A stretch of DNA of 64,000 nucleotides from Sphaerodactylus townsendi. Taxonomy: Eukaryota. The notes under the pieces were generated by a model. It was not told where the DNA came from, searched no databases, and was given only the letters and a program-made list of their open reading frames with translations. The stretch lies in contig NC_059426.1 of assembly GCF_021028975.2 (NCBI RefSeq), positions 123,132,001 through 123,196,000 on the forward strand, written 5' to 3'. Position 1 is the first letter of the stretch. Each line of letters begins with the position of its first letter. Positions 26,574 through 38,300 of the stretch are shown here, piece after piece. Position numbers and translations under genes: made by a program.

Positions 26574-29244
26574 CAGTCTTCACTAGTTTAAGAAAACCTG
26601 AGGCATTTTATTGCATCACAGCTCAGCTAGGCAACCTAGCAAGTCCAGCAGTTTCATAGTACAGTTCACTCATTTGCATTCTTCATAAATCCAGATATTT
26701 TTATCAATCACATATAAAAGCAGATTATACCATCTGTCCTGAAGTGCTTTGTCACACTGACATGCAAACTGTACATGGCTTCCAAAGAATTTGCGAGGGA
26801 ATGTGCGCAACATAGCAACATTTTACTTAAGAGTCTAAGTGGCTGTAGCTCCAATTTCACATTAAGTATTAAGCCAACAGCAACAGATATAATTTAGCTT
26901 CAGAGGGGAGTTCTCTTCCAGTTTCTAGAACATACTGGTAAGATTTGTTCTTCTATTTCCAGCAGAGTTATCTTTAAAACATTTCCAATTTGAGGAAAGT
27001 CAGAGATAACACACGATGTGGTAAACACTAAAATTAAATATAAGGTATAAAGCTGCTACCTACGCAGATAAGCAGACCTTCTCTCCTTTGACAGTTTACA
27101 CCCAAGACTGAGCTTTGTGATTACAGAGACATTATGGCTCTGTTGAAGGCAAACAAACAGGATAGTACTGTGTCAATTAAAGAAAAATGAGAGTACTGCA
27201 TGCAAAACTGTTTTTAACATCTATATGGACAAATTTTTCATCTGTAGAATGTGACTTCTCCCCTTACTGTATGTAGTCTAATGGCCCGTGAAATGGCCCT
27301 CAGGAACAGCATGCAGGAAGATGGAAATCTGTTATGGGAGAAGAACTAGCGACCCATTCCCACTGGTGTAAATTCTTCAGTAGCTTTTAGTCTGTATGAT
27401 CAGTTCACGGTTCTCTTGTGCAATATTTTTTTCACTGTAGAGAAAAAACAAAGCTAACTTCTTTCGTAAGGGAGAAGAATGTTTGCTAAACTCCTAATTA
27501 CAAGAACTAAAGCTTTTTTAGACAAGCCTGAGAATTTAAGACTTTATAAAAACTAAAGAATTCCTTCCACCAGATCATCACTCTCATGTAGAACTAGAAC
27601 ACTAGATCAGACATCTGAAATGGTTCACGTGCCTAGAATTCACTATAGCAGAACTATGCAATTTGTAACTGAAACTCAGCATAGTCTACCATGAGCCATA
27701 GATGGCCATCTTCCTGCCTGAGACAGCAAAAACAGATAGCTGAGTGCCAAGCAGGTGACATACAGCTGACAGACTATGTTAATGCTTGATGGGTAACAGC
27801 TTGCACATGTCTGAGTGAAATTGAGCCTGAATGTGTGATATATATGACTAGTTCCAGTCTCATGCAAACAGCATCAGCTACAAAATTAAATTTCCGCACT
27901 GCCGTTAAAAAGTCAAACAGTTCAAGCTAGAAGGTAATGAGATAACTGTACTCTATAGTATGCCAGTTTCCTAAAGAAAATCTTACTCACATACACAGAC
28001 CCATCACTGGGTGAGTACCCAGGATAATTTACAGCACAGACTCTACCCAAGCAACAGTAGATGCTAACTCACTAATGAGCAGAGTTTTAACATGCATTAG
28101 ACCATGGGCTGTGATCTGCATCTGAGGTGTTCCTAGAAACTACACAAAAGATTTTAAATAAGATACCAAGACAGTGTTCTCCAGAAGTTGGTTTCACATG
28201 CTCAACTAGATCTAGAAGGTGTAAACTGAAGGGAAGGGACTTTTCTTTAGTAAACAGTAATTCCAAAATAGCTTTCTTTCAGCTTTAAACTTTGAAAAGT
28301 TTTACTAAACTTGATTTTTGAGAAGATACAACAACGCTTCTATGGAGATCAGTTCAGGGTGAGTCACACATTGCATCAGGGTCTGTCCTTCGAAGTGCTC
28401 TGCTTGTGATCTCCCAAAGGTGCTTACTGATGGGCTCAGAGGGATATAAGCACAAGTGCTGTATGTCCACTTAATATCTCAAGGAACTGTAAAACTGCTC
28501 TGGAAAAAGCAAAGGAGTTTTAGATTGGTGCAAATGCCAAAAACCATCACCCAGTGTGGAAACAGGAAATAAAACCTAATGATCCAAGTATGTCATATTT
28601 ACAAACCATACAAATGTAACCAAAAATATAGCATAATTTGATCAGTTATACCTTCACCATCCAAGGGAGACTTGCATCTTTCAAATCAACAATTTTGTCT
28701 TCCAAAATACCATTAGCCAAAGAAACAACCATTAAACCATTTGTTCCCACTAGTACAAGTTTCCTCCATCCCTCCCTATCATGTAAGACATGATAACAAA
28801 ATGAAGTGGCATCTAAAACTATGGGAAACTTGATTAATTTAAGGCAAAGTTCATAAAAGTCACCAATTCACCATTTCAGCTATGACATGCACCATTAAGT
28901 GAGGTAATTAAATCCTGTGAAGCACATTATCTTCAGCTTTTTGCGCAGGGGATACTATTCAACTATTAAGGGGGGGGAGGAAATGGAAGGAGAAGAGACC
29001 ATGGAAAGACTCAGACAATGAAGCCCTGAGAATATACAAAAAGGGCAAGAAAGATGAGTTTCTACTGTGCTGCTTTCTCAGATTCTCAAGCCAAGTCTGT
29101 ACACATGCAGTCAGAAAAGGCTGAAGGTGAAGTTCCTGCTCCATTTCTGCTTTGGAATCCGGCTACCCCTCTTCTTTGGAAACTGGGTAGGTTTTGTGGA
29201 CTGAAATGGGCACTTCAGCTGGATAAAGAATTGGCATCAGGCTT

Positions 29245-29310
29245 CTAGTTGTTAATGAGTTTTTCAGCTTTTACATTGGCTATCTCAATACGGTCTTTGT
29301 TGGTTTCAGC
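29245..29310 (-). CDS. SNAP23: SNAP23 last coding exon
   Basis: CCAG|GCT GAA ACC..AAC TAG; [21 protein letters not shown]. Confidence 0.94.
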   Translation of the reverse strand, partial: AETNKDRIEIANVKAEKLINN

Positions 29311-32300
29311 CTGGAACAGAAAATACAATGCAAGACTTCTAAGCAAACAAGTAGGATAAAAATTTAAACTAATCAAGTCACTTGCTTCAAGAACGGGCCT
29401 ATATAGGGCAAATGTCACCTACCAGACATATTAAACAAATACAAATACTGGATGGCTGAGACCCTGAATAATTTGGTAACTGGCCATGGTTGCATATTAC
29501 ACCAATGCTTCAAGATGGATTTCTGCAGAGCAGAACTGATTATTCCTGTTTTGGCACACAAAGTCCTCAATGCCCTCGATCTAATAGTTTTAAAAATTCA
29601 TCTGCGTCTTGTGGTGAGCAAGGACTCCATAGCTTTAGTGCAAACTTTTTCCAGAAAGACCAACAAAACCCAAGCCTAGTGTCTTCTAGAAGCACAAGAC
29701 ACAATTAAGTTAGATGTTGAGAGGCCAGGAGCCATATGATCAGTGTGTACTAGAAATACACCCTAACTTTAAAGAAATATCTGTATTAATCTGTTGCAGC
29801 AAAATTACACAGGAATCAAGTTTCACCATGTGCTTTTGCAAGTCAGAGCTCACTTCTTAAGAAATCCTGAAGTGCATAAAGCAGGCCAGAATAATCATCT
29901 CCTGGTCAGAACAGGGAAGGGTTGGCAGAAGCAGGAAGATTAATATTCTCAAGGATAAGGGGATTCATACGTAAGTGGATATTGGAATCAAGTAGACTTT
30001 CAACTCCCAGTTTAACCTGCTATGGGAACATAATTACTACTTTATTTGTGCGCTTATATCCAGTAGAGGGATTCAGCCAGTTCGCTCGCGACTCCAAGGT
30101 TTGCGGTGGTGGAACTGATACTCTAATTCTGCTAGAGCTATGCGCTCGAGAACCAGGTTGTTGTAGAAGCGGCTTTCAGAGCCCCAGAGCAGCCGGGTGC
30201 CTTGCTGCCCAGCTGCTCTAAGGTGCTAAAAGTCCCATCGCGCCCTCTTCCAGGAGAAGGGGAGCGAGGGGGTTTTCAGAGTTGCCTTGCCGCCCAGCTG
30301 CTTCGAGGCGCTAAAAACACCATCTCGCCCTCTCCCAGGGGAGTGAGGGGGCTTCCAGAGTGGTGGCAGCAAGGCTCCATTCCCCCTCGCTCCACAAGAA
30401 GTTCCTCCGCAGCAGGTAAGTGGGCGGCGGGGGGCACAGCAGGGGGCAAATTGTTAAATTATTAGAATTAGAATTATTAGAACAATTATTAGGAATTTTT
30501 AAATTATCAGAATCCCACCACTGCTTATATCCCATCACTCCCAAAACTCAAGTTGCTCTTTATAAATGAACTGACCCAGTTCTAAGATCCATGTCCCCAA
30601 AGGGTGGACTTGATGTTAAATTAGAATTTCTCACCTTCTCATTTATCCGGTCTATCTGTCTGTTTTGTGAATCAATCTCATTGCCCATATCCATGGCCAT
30701 ATGTTTCAGATTCCCCAAGATGTTTCCCACTTGAGTCAGGTTTTCATCCATTTCATCCTCTCTGGCATCATTTGTCACCCTGTTGAAAGCATCAGAGGAA
30801 ACCTATGTTGAGAAATCATAGCTCTTTTCTTCTATATGAAAATACAAGTGGGAAGCCATGATAATCACTTGTGGGGGGAAACCCTTCTAACTGTTATGTG
30901 CAGAGTCCCCCCACCCACCCACCCCGCACTGTCAGCAAGCTGGGCACAACTTTGGCTTCCCACACAACATCCATCCCCAACGAGCCTCCATCTCCACCAC
31001 TGGGCCTGCCACATCTCCCCCCCCCCTCCTTTACACTGCTGCTAGGCTTGCCACATCTCCCAACACCTTCCCCCCCCCCCACAATCACCTCCACGGATGC
31101 AAGCCTGGCATAGTTCCGGTCCCCCCCCTTCCCCAACAAGCAATTGCATTCTCAGAAAGCCTGGTGTGGCTCCTGGCTCCTGCTGCCTGGTTGCCCATAT
31201 CTTCTGATCCCTCTCCCCGCCTCCATTCCCAGCAAGCCTAGTATGGCTTCCAGCCTCCGATGCCAAGCCTACCATAACTCCCAACTCCCCCCACATCTCT
31301 ATTCACTGCCTGGGCCAATATGGCAGCCATCAACTCCAGTGTTAGAAATGCAACAGGAAAAGGTAGGTGCACTGTGTGTATCTAGACAACAAATGTGTTT
31401 TTGGGGGGAGATTTAAATTCTACCTCCCATTGTACTCTTTAAAAGTTTTCGGATTTTTCTTGATTCACAGATTCAGGTATCTGTAATGCAGATGAGAAAC
31501 AGACATGGATACCATAATGTTACCGTCATCGTTTCTAGAAACTGCATTCTCACTGAAGTGTTACTGTGACAACCAAAATCAGAAAGTGATTTTAAAGTGT
31601 ACTACAGACTTATTCGTTTTGTAGATGTTGCATATTTTATACAGAATGAGTTTCTCTTCAAATTTTTCAAATGCAGTCATCATTGCTGCGGAATAGGAAT
31701 TGCTCAGTCTTCCATTCAGCAATGGACAGGAAATAAAAGCATCTTACCGTGCAATATAACCTCCAGTTGGTCCTCCTGACGTCTGCTGCTGACAATTTGC
31801 TACACGTGCTGGCTGTTTAGATACCACATGATCTTCATTTTCACCACTATCTCCCCAAGTTGTCTTATAATTCTTATTAGACTCAAAGTTCCTTGTTCTA
31901 TTAAAAAAAATAACACATTAGATCGACTACACTAAGGGAGCAATCCTAAACAGTTCTATTCAGAAATAGGTCCTATGTTTCTTGGTAGGGCTCACTCCCA
32001 GAAAAGTGACTTCAGGTTTTCAGCCAAAGTGCAATAGTAGAATTTTAATTGATTTAGGTTTGCCAAAGGATCAGGAAGCTGAAGCCAATCCTCGCTTCTG
32101 CCTAGACTAGTAAAACTCGTAACATGTTTTCAAACACCTGTTATATTCACTCCATTAAATAACATCCCAAGCAGCCCTAAACACCATGTTTTTACATTAT
32201 TTATTTTTACTTAATTTATACCCCACCTTTCTCTCCAATGGGAATGCTATATTTATACTTGAGGTCATTTACGTGTAATATCTCAGTTCAGTTTTTTTCA

Positions 32301-35300
32301 ACTCAATGTTTATTATTGCTTCCAATGACTGCTATATTGAACTTTAAGTGTCCTGCAACCTGAACCATATTGTATGATACAAGTAGGAATAAACGCTATT
32401 TAGGTTTGAACAGTAACCTCCTGCACAGGAGTACCCATTAGTAGTTACATTCATGTCTTCAAAATGAAGTTTCAGTAGGCTTAGGGATTCTTACATCAAT
32501 ATCATTTTGCGTGTGCATATACAATGAAACAGTTACTGGTGAGTCATACAATTGCATGGGAGATAAACACTTACCACATGGTATACATTTAAATATCTGA
32601 CTTTCAAGTAAAAATGAATTTATTATTCCAAATATAAGTGAAATTTGTCTGACAAGCCTTCACTGTCACTTTTCAACAATATTTCTCCAGCATCTAAATA
32701 TTTTTTCCAGTCTATAAACCACTATTTCCAATAGATTTAGAACTCCAAACATGAACTACTAGTATCCAAGTAGTTTCAGTGTTTGTTCAAATTAATTATG
32801 TCAGAACAAATAGTTTAACACAACATCACGGACACATACACCTACGAACCATGACACGACTGCTTGCATGTTAAGGAAGCATGCGCATGCAAACATGCAC
32901 CCAGTTAGGACATCACCTTCAGATAGCTGATTAACAGGCTGCTTCATAAGACTGATATTTTTCTAAAGTCCACTTTGCCCAGTTAACCGAATCCAATCTC
33001 TGGTGTTAAATCTTCATTTAGTAAGCAAGGAAAAGTGATATGGTTAGGGACAAGAGAGAGAAAGAGAGAGAGAACAAGAAAGTGAACAGCAAAACCAGCA
33101 AACTAATAAACAGCTCTCAGCAAATGCAGGTTATTTCAAAAGTAAAGCTGGGATTACGCCTAAGACTACAAAAAATGTAGGCTCAAATAACCCCAGGGGA
33201 AAAAAGAAAGATTTCACAAATACTGTATTCTCCATTTGTGTTAAAGGTATCCCAGAATGGAGCCTTGGAACTTCCTTCTACTTCAAGGTAAAGAGGGCAT
33301 CTTAGGGGTGCTCAGGGAGGCAGGACTAAAACTTTCCACTGTCCTCCATGCAGAAATTAATGGACCAATTTAAATTCTCTCTGAGCTAAAGAACAGGACA
33401 GGTGGGACCAACAAAAGATATAGAACAGAAATAAACAGTAATCATAAGAACAGGAGAAGATGAGCAAATTCATTCCCATTCTTAGCTATTCCCAAACACG
33501 TAACAATTCATTGACTTTCTATGCCTTTCCTTTTTGTTTCTGCAGCAAGTAGAATCTTGTTTCTTCCACCATGTTCTAAATAGCCATTCTCCAGGTAGGC
33601 AAGGATACCCTCCTTACCTCAGAACAGATGGAACCTTCATGATGAATTTCCAAGGTTTCATTCTTGCTTTGAGGAGGAGGACATCTTGGAAGTTTGGGAC
33701 TTCCAACAGTGGCATCCTTTTGCCTTCAGATGGAATTATGAGTCATCCACCATTTGCTGCAGGACTCGTCATCTGAAGGCTATATCAGCTGAAGAGGAAT
33801 TTAGCTTGCAGTGAATGATAAAGGTTAATATGGATGACCATATGGCCACTCTGCAGATCTCTCAGACTGAGGCTTGATGGCTGAATGCAGTGGGGGTGGC
33901 CATGCTTCATACTGTTCGAGCTGAGATGCTGAAGGAACTGGGATATTGCTACATCTGTATGCCTAAGAAATACATTGCTATATGTTGTAACTTATGGCTG
34001 ACCTGGATATTTTCTTTCCCTTGTTTGGGACTGCCAAGGAAATGAGTAAAAGGCTCGTTTCACAGATGGACTCTGTTCCCCAGTTGTATATCTTAAGAGC
34101 TCTTCTCAAATCTAGCTTATGCCAATCTTTTTCTTTTGGATACTTTGGTTGTTGAAATAAGGGTGGTAGATGAATCTCCTGCCTTCTGTGGAGTGACCAG
34201 TTAACCATGGAAATAAAGGTAGGGTCCAGTCGGAGCACCAACTTGTCTTTGTCGAAGACTCCCAGTTCTGATACTTTGTCGAAGACTCCCAGTTCTGATT
34301 CAAAGGTACTGTAGATAAGAACAAGGTTTTCATGTGAAGCCACTTAAGGGGAATCTCTTTTAACAGTTCAAAGGGAGCCTTGGAGGGAGCTGATAATACG
34401 TGTAGTCTTCACATAGGAAACTGATGGAATGACTAGAGGACTAGTCTGAATTATCCCACTTTGGAATGAGACTTTGTGTGGATGTTTTGTCATTGGAACT
34501 CCTGTTACTTGAGGAAGAATAGCTGCCGCCAACATAGCATGGAGGCCCTCAATTGCTAATGGACCACGTCTTGAAAGAAGGCCAACAACTGACCTAACCT
34601 TGGATTCAAAGAAACTTCCTTCTTGTGTTAACACCATCTCACAAAGACCTTCCATGATGTATATAAATACTTCGGGTGGATGGTCTTCTGGAGGCCATGA
34701 TGGCTTCAGCCACTTCCAGATGAACCCCACCCTTTCAAGAGTCACAGTCAAACGTTACAGTCCAGCTCTGGATGCTAAACCAGATCTTGCAATAACATAT
34801 CCTGGCTCACAGGAATTCACCACAGGTCTTGAACTGAAAGCTCCACTAAAGATGGAAACCAGGGCCTGGGGGGCCAGTCTGGAGCCATGGAGATAACAAG
34901 GGCTCGTTCCTGGCGTATCTTCCTCAGAGCTTTCAGAATAATCAGTAGAGATGAAAAGGCATATATAGCAGACCTAAGCCACAGAGAACTCAGGGCATCA
35001 ACTGTCTGCCCAAGGATGTTGGCACCTGGAACAGAATCATAGCACTAGATGGTTGGAGGCCAAGGTGAAGAAGTCCATGCTCAGAACACCGAATATGATC
35101 GTGATCAACTGAAATGTATCATTTTTTACAGACCACTCATTCTTGTCCATTCTCATCATGCTCAAACAGTGCACTTGCTGAGAGACCATTGGATATGCTA
35201 TGCTGAAATAGACTATAGGAGAATTTCTGTTCAAGACAAAATGCTTCTCACTTTCCCTTGCTTGTTGATGTGGGGCCTGATTGATATGTTGTCCATCCTG

Positions 35301-38300
35301 ATAAGGACCGACCCTAACCAATCGGATTGGCATACCATCTTAGAAAAGACAGGTCATCAGTATGGACTTGGAACAGAGACCTGCTTGCTATGCATGAAGT
35401 CAGGGGTATGTGCCTGCTGGTAGCAGCTGTTAACAAAGAGAATGCTGCAAAGGTCATACTGGCTAGGAAGGCATCTGCCAGAAAGGAAACAGTCTTAATG
35501 ATGTGATTTATGACTTCAGTAGCCCTTCTATTACCTCTAGGAATCAATTAGCTCAGTTTACACGCCCAGACAATGGAAGCCCTAGAAATAAAGGGTTGAC
35601 GTGGCCACTGACCTGATGGCTAGAGCCAACACTTCATGGGACTTTCTGGATGCAAAACCCAAATGCCCCAACTGGACCTCTCCGCTCAGCTGAGGTGAAT
35701 TTACTAGTAGTCCCCTACCCCTCCATGATGCGGCTGGCCTCTACCTGGGCAAGGGCTTTTACGGTCCTGGCCCCTGCCTAGTGGAACGCTCTCTCTCCAA
35801 CTGTTAGGACCCTGTGGGACCTTGGTGAGTTCTGCAGGGCCTGCAAAACTGAACTGTTCCACTGGGCTTTTGGGGGGCTGGAGTTACCACCCCTCTTTGA
35901 TGCCTAGTGTACTAGCTGCTTTCTGGTACTCTCCCAGAGAGTAGGTACTCTCCCTTTCTGGTACTCTCCCTTTCTGGTACTCTCCCAGAGAGTAGGATCG
36001 GACGCCATCCACTAAATTGTGAGTGGGCTTTACTGTTGCTACTGATTTTATTGTACTTTAATTGAATTTTAACTTATTAGATTTGTCTTTTTGTAATTTG
36101 TTATTTATTGTCTGTTTGTATGCTGTAAACCACTCTGAGCCCTTTGGGGGTAGAGTGGTCTATCAAATCAAATCAAATTATTATAGTTGTTGTTATTGTT
36201 AATTTTTTTCCTTTGGGCGGCTTGGTACTGGGCCGAAGGATGGCAGAATGATGACTTGACTCAGTGTGGAACTGGGTCCTCACTTTAGGCACAAAAAAAG
36301 GATCTAGTTTGAGGGCCACTGAATTATTCTGGAAGATGCAACATTCCCATCTAACTGACAAGGCACCTATCTCTGTTACTCCTCTGGCTGATGTTATGGA
36401 GACCTGAAAAGCCACCTTCCATGTGAGGTATTTAAGATCAACTGTTTTCAAGGGCTCAAAGGGTTTCCCAGTAAGAGTCTTTACATCTTACCCAGACTCC
36501 AAGTGTGATATCTGTGGGGAACTGGAGGTGCTAATTGGGCAACTCCTTTCAGAACTTCCTAATCAGTACGCTGGAAGCTAAAGGTCTTTACCTTCTTTGT
36601 CCCAGAATTGCTGCTGCTGCAGCAACATGCCTCCTTAGAATGTTTGTTTTGAGCCCCAGCTTTGCCAAATCTAGCCCACACTCTTTAGTGATGTGTGTGA
36701 GTGATGTTACATTATCCATGGAGCCTTTGTTTTCAATATCTGTGTTAAGCAATCCAGGTCTGAGAGGTAAGGCCTGCGATCATTGCCACAATGGGTCAAA
36801 TTGGCAGCCATTAGAAGTCTTTTCTGTATGGGAAGCCCTTTTCATGCCTTTTTCTAATGGTGTATTACGCCACTTTCTTTTTGTTGGCTGAGAAGAGGAA
36901 GCCCTTCCTTGCTCCTCTCTGCTAGATTCATAGGCTCCCCGCTGTGAAAAGAACAGACCCGACTCTGCATCCTCATTAGAGAGAAAGTCATCTCCTTTTA
37001 TACATATAGCTCTACTTTTATACATACAGCTCCATGGAGTTCTCCTTTAGCAGTAGTGGGGTGAAGGAGGAAAGCACCATAGAGCCGTGGTGGCGAACCT
37101 TTGGCACTCCAGATGTTATGGACTACAATTCCCATCAGCCCCTGGCAGTATGGCCAATTGGCCATGCTGACAGGGGCTGATGGGAATTGTAGTCCATAAC
37201 ATCTGGAGTGCCAAAGGTTTGCAACCACTGCCATAGCGGCAAAGAAAAAAACCCTACACATGGCAGTTGAAAAAGTGCACCTGGTAAGACAAAAGGCTTA
37301 AAGTAAAAGGAAGACCAGAAAGAGGTTAGAATAAGAAAAGAAGCAGAGAGGAGGAAAACTCAACCGCTGCAGAAGACTATCTGAGCTGCTCTTCCTTTGC
37401 AAGACAGGAATAAAACTAGTCCACAAGTTCCCACCTAGAAGCCAGGAAGTAGAAAGTTTCAGTCCAGCCTCCCTGAGTAGCTAGTGGGAAATACCCAAGC
37501 TTCCAGAATGCCCTCCTCTTCAGAGCAAACACTTATTGTTAAGAGAAAGTTACACAATGATGTAGCTCTGGACTACGAAAAAAGCCATTTCAGTAGTCCT
37601 TCTTCCTCGAAATCTCTACTGATGCTTCTCCTGTGCCTCCTCTTGCCCTCACTGGGGATTTGAAATCTAGACAACAGCAAATATCTTTCTCAAGTATGTA
37701 AATTTGAACAAACACCAGAAAAGCCCTAGGATAAGGTAAGTACTCTTCATAAACACTAGTAATAATATGATAGAAAAAGAAGGAAGAAGAACAGAAACTT
37801 ATTGGGCATATTACACTTTCACTAAACTCTCAAGGCACATGCAATTCAGATTTTTTGCTTTTGGTCATTCAGTTTACAAAGATGCACACTGGAATTAAAA
37901 GTGACATTTTAAATGTATGTACTGATCACTATGTTTTCAAAACAGTCAACAGTAGTAATTTAAAACACCATCTAAACTACATTAATATTCTATTCCTTTT
38001 CCTTTACCCAGGTTCAACCTCCCTAATACTAAAGAGAGAGAGCTGAAACGCACCCCAGTAAAAGCCTGCCAGTCTTTGAATGTCTGAATGTTTCCTAATA
38101 AGATGCTCAAAGAAAACTAGTCTGTCTTGGAATTAAATCTTCATTTAACTGACCTATTCCAAGGACAGACACAAAGGCCACAACACTTGTTCAGCTCGGT
38201 CAAGTTCTTCTCGGCTTCTCTCATGTCTCTATTTATCTGGTCCATGCCTTCTTCTATACGGTCTAGTTGCTCTATGGAAAACATTAAACAAAAGAAAGTT

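Larger units (their letters stand above)
33285..37530 (-). mobile_element. Older, degraded composite DIRS-like element(s) in SNAP23 coding intron 4
   Basis: YR remnants ([20 protein letters not shown] at 33978-34343; [14 protein letters not shown] at 36173-36451), RNase H/MT and gag remnants at 34700-35600, ITR-like ends at ~33290 and 37380-37530, ICR-like segment at 33625-33695; interrupted by an L2 piece and a MITE. Confidence 0.8.

Noticed and set aside
32917-32962. Alternative microexon candidates ending at donor AAG|GTGATG (35 or 46 nt)
   Set aside because: Not multiples of three, and weaker acceptor context than 33011
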